DNA of 64,000 nucleotides from Candidatus Endomicrobiellum meruensis (GTDB lineage Bacteria; Elusimicrobiota; Endomicrobiia; Endomicrobiales; Endomicrobiaceae): NCBI GenBank assembly GCA_031282625.1, contig JAITDI010000009.1, positions 988 to 64,987 of the forward strand, read 5' to 3'. Shown piece by piece: positions 59,362 to 64,000 of this stretch (position 1 is its first letter; each line of letters starts with the position of its first letter). The notes under the pieces were generated by a model. It saw only the letters and a program-made list of their open reading frames with translations, ran no database searches and was not told where the DNA came from. The position numbers and the translations under genes were made by a program.

Positions 59362-60780
59362 ATGAAAGCTTTTTTTAAACTCAAAGAAAATAATACTACG
59401 GTCCATACTGAAATAATAGCAGGTATAACGACATTCTTTACAATGGCATACATTATTTTTGTAAACCCTGCTATTTTGTCACTCAACCCGGGAATGCCGT
59501 GGTTTGGTATTTTTGCTGCTACAGTCTTAGCTTCGGCTTTTGGGACAATATTTATGGCTTTGTTTGCAAATGTTCCTTTTGCTCTTGCTCCCGGAATGGG
59601 TGCCAACGCATTCTTTACTTTCGTTATATGCAAACAAATGGGTTTTTCATGGCAGGAAGCTTTATTTATAGTAACAATATGTGGCTTTTTTATAATCCTA
59701 ATCACTGTTACAGAACTTAGAAAAATGGTTGTTAAAGCAATACCAGATTTTCTTAAAGATTCTATCAGTGGCGGTATAGGTCTGTTTATAGCGTATATAG
59801 GTTTTAAAAATGCATCTTTCTTAAAATTCTTATCTGATTCAGGGAATTATAGCTTGTTAGACAATGGTAGTATTATTGCAAACAGCGCTGTTGTTCCATC
59901 TTTAGCTTCTTTTAACAATCCTCATGCATTGTTGGGGCTTATAGGTCTTATAATAATGTCCTTACTTGTTATAAAAAAAGTCAGAGGTTCAATTTTTATA
60001 GGAATAGTTGCGACTATTTTAATAGGCATTCCTATGGAAATAGTTGACCTTTCAAACGTTAAACTTTTTGATTTCTATTCTCTGAGTGCGTTAAAAGACA
60101 TTGCTTTTGCGGCTTTCAGCCAAGAAGGTATTGGAAATATTTTTTCTAATTGGAACAAGATAATTCTTACAATAACTGCAATACTTGCTTTACTGTTATC
60201 TGTAACTTTTGACGCTATAGGCACATTTATTGGAGCAGGCAGAGTAAGTGGGATTTTTGATACCGAAGAAGAAAAAAGTCTTACAAATAAAAAAGGTATA
60301 AATTCAAAATTTGAAAAAGCTTTGTTTTCAGATGGTATTGCAGCAGCGTTTAGCGGTCTTTTTGGTACCAGCAGCGTTACAACCTATGTTGAGAGCGCAG
60401 CGGGTATATCGGTTGGCGGCAGGACAGGTTTAACGTCGCTTGTAGTCGCTATATTGTTTTTGCTTTGTCTTCCGTTTGCTTCACTTTTTAGCATTGTTCC
60501 TTCTGAAGCTACGGCTCCTGCTTTGATTATAGTTGGTGTTCTTATGATGTCTTCAGTTATGAAGATTAATTGGTCTAACCTTGAACAAGCTATTCCTGCA
60601 TTTTTGACAATAAGCATAATGGCTTTTGCTTTTAATATAAGTTATGGAATAGCAGTTGGGTTCATATTTCATTGTATTATAAAATTGTTTCAAGGCAAGA
60701 TAAAAGAAGTTCACCCAATATTGTTATGCACAGCGGGTCTATTCTTAATCAACTTTGTTATAATTGCTTTTAGAGGATAA
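59362..60780 (+). CDS. NCS2/AzgA-family purine (guanine/hypoxanthine/adenine) permease
   Basis: FKLKENNTTVHTEIIAGITTFFTMAYIIFVNPAIL N-terminus typical of AzgA/PbuG-type permeases; multi-TM. Confidence 0.85.
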   Translation: MKAFFKLKENNTTVHTEIIAGITTFFTMAYIIFVNPAILSLNPGMPWFGIFAATVLASAFGTIFMALFANVPFALAPGMGANAFFTFVICKQMGFSWQEALFIVTICGFFIILITVTELRKMVVKAIPDFLKDSISGGIGLFIAYIGFKNASFLKFLSDSGNYSLLDNGSIIANSAVVPSLASFNNPHALLGLIGLIIMSLLVIKKVRGSIFIGIVATILIGIPMEIVDLSNVKLFDFYSLSALKDIAFAAFSQEGIGNIFSNWNKIILTITAILALLLSVTFDAIGTFIGAGRVSGIFDTEEEKSLTNKKGINSKFEKALFSDGIAAAFSGLFGTSSVTTYVESAAGISVGGRTGLTSLVVAILFLLCLPFASLFSIVPSEATAPALIIVGVLMMSSVMKINWSNLEQAIPAFLTISIMAFAFNISYGIAVGFIFHCIIKLFQGKIKEVHPILLCTAGLFLINFVIIAFRG

Positions 60781-60781
60781 A

Positions 60782-62122
60782 ATGGGTTCAAACAAATATG
60801 ACATAGCCGTAATAGGCTCAGGAGCAGGCGGTTTTGCCGCAGCTGTAAGAGCCGCGCAATTGGGCGCAAAGACTGCTGTAATAGAAAAGTCATTTGTTGG
60901 CGGAACGTGTTTAAATTACGGTTGTATGCCCACTAAGTTTTTATGGCAAGCATTAAAGTTAAAACAGAAAATTCAAAAATCTTATGAATACGGATTTAAT
61001 TCAAAGTTAGAGACTGTTGTTTTTTCAGATGTTATAAATAAAAAAGATAAGAATATTTCTAATATAAGAAAAGGAATGGAGTTAATTTTATCTTCTTATT
61101 CTATTGACGTTATCAAAGGAACGGCGTCATTTAAAGATAAAAACATGTTATCTGTTTTAAATGAAGGAAGACATGTTGATATTTCAGCCGATAAAATAAT
61201 TATTGCATTAGGAACAAAACCCACTTCAATCAGAGATTTTGATTTTGACGGAAATAAAATAATAAGCTCAACAGATGCATTAAGTCTTACGCAGATTCCC
61301 AAAACTATGCTGGTTGTCGGCGGCGGAGCGATTGGTATTGAGATGGCGACTATTTTTTCAGGATTCGGTTGTAGCGTAACTCTTGCCGAATGCGAGGGAC
61401 AACTGCTTCCAAATGAAGATGGCGAAATATCTGAAGAAATAAAAAAGAATTTATCAAGACAAGGTGTGGAAGTGCTTACGTCTTGTGTAAACTCATTAAA
61501 TAATGCAGACAAATATGAAAAGATATTGATAGTAACTGGAAGATCTTCAGGTAACGATTTTGGCATAGATAAAATAGGCGTTAAAACTACGGTAAAGGGA
61601 TTTGTAGAAACTAATGAATTTTGTCAAACAAATATAGAAAATATTTATGCTGTCGGCGACATTGCAGGCAAGAATTTGCTTGCCTACACCGCTCAAAATG
61701 AAGGATGCATAGCCGCAGAGAATGCTGTCAAAGACAATTCTGCAAAAATAAATAATAAAGTTATTCCTCAAGTAATTTTTTCAATGCCGCAAAGCGCTTC
61801 AGTAAAAGTTGTGGATTTCTCAAACTACAAAAATGTGTCTCTAGGTAAATTTCCTTTTACTGCAAGCGGTAGAGCTTTTATTGAAGGTGAGCGAGCGGGG
61901 TTTGTTAAATGCGCTGTGGACAAGCATACTCAAAAACCTTTAGCTTTTTGGTTGGTTGGCGCTCATTCGGACGAACTTATAAATACAGCTTCGCAGATTC
62001 TTGCAAATAGTGCAAATCATATATCAAGAGAATCGTTTTTTCACCCGTCTTTAAGCGAAAGTTTGTTAAATTCTTACGAAGACGCTTTGGGAAAGTGTAC
62101 GGAACTGCTAAAGAACCGTTAA
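60782..62122 (+). CDS. lpd: dihydrolipoyl dehydrogenase-family flavoprotein disulfide reductase
   Basis: YDIAVIGSGAGGFAAA FAD motif, GGTCLNYGCMPTK redox disulfide, a second GGGAIGIEMA NAD motif, and C-terminal HPSLSE. It is adjacent to gcvT. Confidence 0.85.
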   Translation: MGSNKYDIAVIGSGAGGFAAAVRAAQLGAKTAVIEKSFVGGTCLNYGCMPTKFLWQALKLKQKIQKSYEYGFNSKLETVVFSDVINKKDKNISNIRKGMELILSSYSIDVIKGTASFKDKNMLSVLNEGRHVDISADKIIIALGTKPTSIRDFDFDGNKIISSTDALSLTQIPKTMLVVGGGAIGIEMATIFSGFGCSVTLAECEGQLLPNEDGEISEEIKKNLSRQGVEVLTSCVNSLNNADKYEKILIVTGRSSGNDFGIDKIGVKTTVKGFVETNEFCQTNIENIYAVGDIAGKNLLAYTAQNEGCIAAENAVKDNSAKINNKVIPQVIFSMPQSASVKVVDFSNYKNVSLGKFPFTASGRAFIEGERAGFVKCAVDKHTQKPLAFWLVGAHSDELINTASQILANSANHISRESFFHPSLSESLLNSYEDALGKCTELLKNR

Positions 62123-62146
62123 AATATAAATGGAATTGATTGAACA

Positions 62147-63211
62147 ATGAAAAGAACGTCTTTGTATGACGAACACAAAAAACTTGGAGCAAAGTTTACG
62201 GAGTTTAGCGGTTGGGAAATGCCTGTTTCCTATACGTCAATTATTGACGAACATAGCGCAGTAAGGACAAATGTCGGTGTATTTGACACTTCTCACATGG
62301 GTACTTTTATCGTCTCAGGAAAAGATATTGAAAAATTTTTAAATTATGTAACTCTTGGCAATATGTCAGGTCTCCCTGATAGAAAGGCAAGGTATTCCAT
62401 GCTTTTAAACGAAGAAGGCGGAATAAAAGACGATGTTATAGTTTATAAATTTGGCAATGGACATATGATTGTTGTAAATGCAGGAAATCTTGATAAAGAT
62501 TTTGAATGGTTAAATGATCACAAACCTGAGTGTATTGAACTAGAAAATATTAGTGGCGATATTTCTCTTCTTGCTGTTCAAGGTCCAAACGCTGTAGAAA
62601 TATTGCAAAGTATTTCTAATACGGATATAACAAACATGAAATATTTTACAGTATCAGAATTGAAGTTAAAGTGTGTTAATACTGATTTTTGCAGAATCGC
62701 AAGAACGGGTTACACAGGGGAAGATGGTTTTGAAATTTTTATATCAAAAGATAAAAGTATAGAACTTTGGAAAAAATTGATAAGCCTTTCTGTAAAACCG
62801 TGTGGGCTAGGATGTCGCGATACTTTAAGACTTGAAGCCTGTATGTCGTTACACGGACATGAAATTGATGAAAATATAAATCCGCTAGAAGCGGGATTTC
62901 AAAAAACAATAAATTGGGATAATGATTTTATCGGTAAAGAGAAGCTCGTTCCTTTAAAAGATAAACCTTTAAGAAAATCAGTCGCTTTTGAATGCTTGTC
63001 TGGGATTGCTAGAAATTCTAACGAAGTTTTTTTTGGTGATAAAAAAATAGGATATGTTACAAGCGGTTCGTTTTCTCCTACTTTTAAAAAAGCTATAGGT
63101 ATGGCATTGATTGAGTCCGACGTTCAATCTGACAATTTAGAAGTTACAATTCACAACAACAGTAGAAAAATCAAAATAGTTCCAAAACCGTTTTATAAGA
63201 GACAAAAATAA
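62147..63211 (+). CDS. gcvT: glycine cleavage system aminomethyltransferase (T protein)
   Basis: TSLYDEHKKLGAKFTEFSGWEMPVSY, GVFDTSHMG, and ARTGYTGEDGFEI. Confidence 0.95.
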   Translation: MKRTSLYDEHKKLGAKFTEFSGWEMPVSYTSIIDEHSAVRTNVGVFDTSHMGTFIVSGKDIEKFLNYVTLGNMSGLPDRKARYSMLLNEEGGIKDDVIVYKFGNGHMIVVNAGNLDKDFEWLNDHKPECIELENISGDISLLAVQGPNAVEILQSISNTDITNMKYFTVSELKLKCVNTDFCRIARTGYTGEDGFEIFISKDKSIELWKKLISLSVKPCGLGCRDTLRLEACMSLHGHEIDENINPLEAGFQKTINWDNDFIGKEKLVPLKDKPLRKSVAFECLSGIARNSNEVFFGDKKIGYVTSGSFSPTFKKAIGMALIESDVQSDNLEVTIHNNSRKIKIVPKPFYKRQK

Positions 63212-63433
63212 TTAATATAATTTTATAAAAGATATACTTAGGCAACACTTAATAAAGATTCCCAAGGTTGTATTTTGGTTGGGAAAAAATGACAAGTATG
63301 TATAGGTTAAAGCAAAAAGAGAGACAAAAAAGGAATTAGAAGGAAATGTGGAGCAGGGAAAGATAATTTAGTGGGAAATTGATATAATTAATTATGCAGG
63401 TAAGTAAATAATTTGGAGTTTGAGAGATAGTTT

Positions 63434-64000
63434 ATGAATATGAAGATGTTGCCGATAGGAACACAAACATTTGAGAAGTTGCGTAAGAGTAATGCTGTAT
63501 ATATAGACAAAACAGACCACATATACAAGCTAATAAGTACTGGAAGCGTATATTTTCTATCACGACCAAGAAGATTTGGGAAGTCTCTGCTAATAAGTAC
63601 GTTTAAAGAATTATTTAAGGGAAACAAGCAATTATTTGAGGGATTGTACATATATGATAAGTGGGATTGGTCTAAGACAAATCCTGTAATACATTTAGAT
63701 TTTGCAGAGATAACATACTCTAGTTCGGACGAATTAAAGTCTTCGCTTAACAAATTTGTAGAATTAACAGCAGAAGACAACAATGTTATGATAGATAAAG
63801 AGCTTCCATTATCAATGAAATTTGCGCAGCTAATAGAGAAGCTACACAAGAAAGCAGGGGAGAGAGTAGTAATTTTGGTGGACGAATATGACAAACCATT
63901 GATAGATAATCTGAGCAAGGAAGGAATATATCCAGAAGTAAAAAGGACATTACATGACTTTTATCAAGTGATAAAAGCAAGTGATGAGCATGAGAGATTT
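63434..64000 (+). CDS. AAA-ATPase-like domain protein (DUF1703/PD-(D/E)xK-associated family), 5-prime part, runs off the right edge
   Basis: Own translation gives MNMKMLPIGTQTFEKLRKSNAVYIDKTDHIYKLISTGSVYFLSRPRRFGKSLLISTFKELF...VILVDEYDKPL. It is open to the window end and is absent from the ORF track because it has no stop. The minus-strand ORFs 63388..63918 and 63786..63980 are antisense artefacts. Confidence 0.8.
   Translation, partial: MNMKMLPIGTQTFEKLRKSNAVYIDKTDHIYKLISTGSVYFLSRPRRFGKSLLISTFKELFKGNKQLFEGLYIYDKWDWSKTNPVIHLDFAEITYSSSDELKSSLNKFVELTAEDNNVMIDKELPLSMKFAQLIEKLHKKAGERVVILVDEYDKPLIDNLSKEGIYPEVKRTLHDFYQVIKASDEHERF

Noticed and set aside
63388-63980. Minus-strand ORFs 63388..63918 and 63786..63980
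   Set aside because: They are antisense to the well-supported plus-strand AAA-ATPase-like ORF starting at 63434.
1-64000. CRISPR arrays, rRNA/tRNA genes, transposases or integrases
   Set aside because: I scanned all intergenic regions by eye. I found no regularly spaced direct repeats, no tRNA-like cloverleaf candidates (no GGTTCGAAT-type T-arm strings) and no transposase or integrase motifs. The absence is by inspection only, and tRNAscan-SE, Infernal and ISfinder should confirm it.

Overview
Low-GC bacterial chromosome segment from a diderm organism (beta-barrel OMP, lipoprotein, two-partner-secretion exoprotein and MEP pathway genes are present). I cannot assign a taxon from sequence alone. 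Most of the window is housekeeping. It contains a parA-parB partition locus with three parS sites, and an XRE/cupin regulator, acyl-CoA synthetase, pta and amidohydrolase cluster. A long conserved block runs tmk-holB-rpmE-prfA-prmC-murA-rpsB-tsf-pyrH-frr-fdx-uppS-cdsA-dxr-rseP-ispG-greA-proS, and the window ends with a purine permease-lpd-gcvT cluster. I recognised no rRNA, tRNA or CRISPR array. The accessory content is as follows. (1) A compact type II R-M pair at 4163-5922. (2) A same-strand five-gene island at 30005-33934: ComEC-like MBL hydrolase, 3-TM protein, PD-ExK nuclease, DPPF-type methyltransferase with an Mrr-like C-terminal domain, and a VOC protein. I rate this the best candidate for an undescribed composite defence system. 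(3) A 1792-aa TpsA/CdiA-like filamentous exoprotein at 50353-55731 with no adjacent TpsB. Its C-terminal TNT/NADase-like toxin domain is cut by a TAG at what I take to be the catalytic Gln codon. An array follows it with four homologous immunity domains (two of them fused), an unrelated 290-aa gene and a decayed orphan toxin tip. (4) An XRE-repressor switch with micro-ORFs next to a truncated duplicate of the amidohydrolase gene. (5) Several decayed genes: a Fic pseudogene, an MBL remnant and a frameshifted Cys-rich secreted protein. (6) Two ORF-poor stretches with conspicuous hairpins. All functional calls rest on motifs read by eye from the supplied translations; no database search was run.
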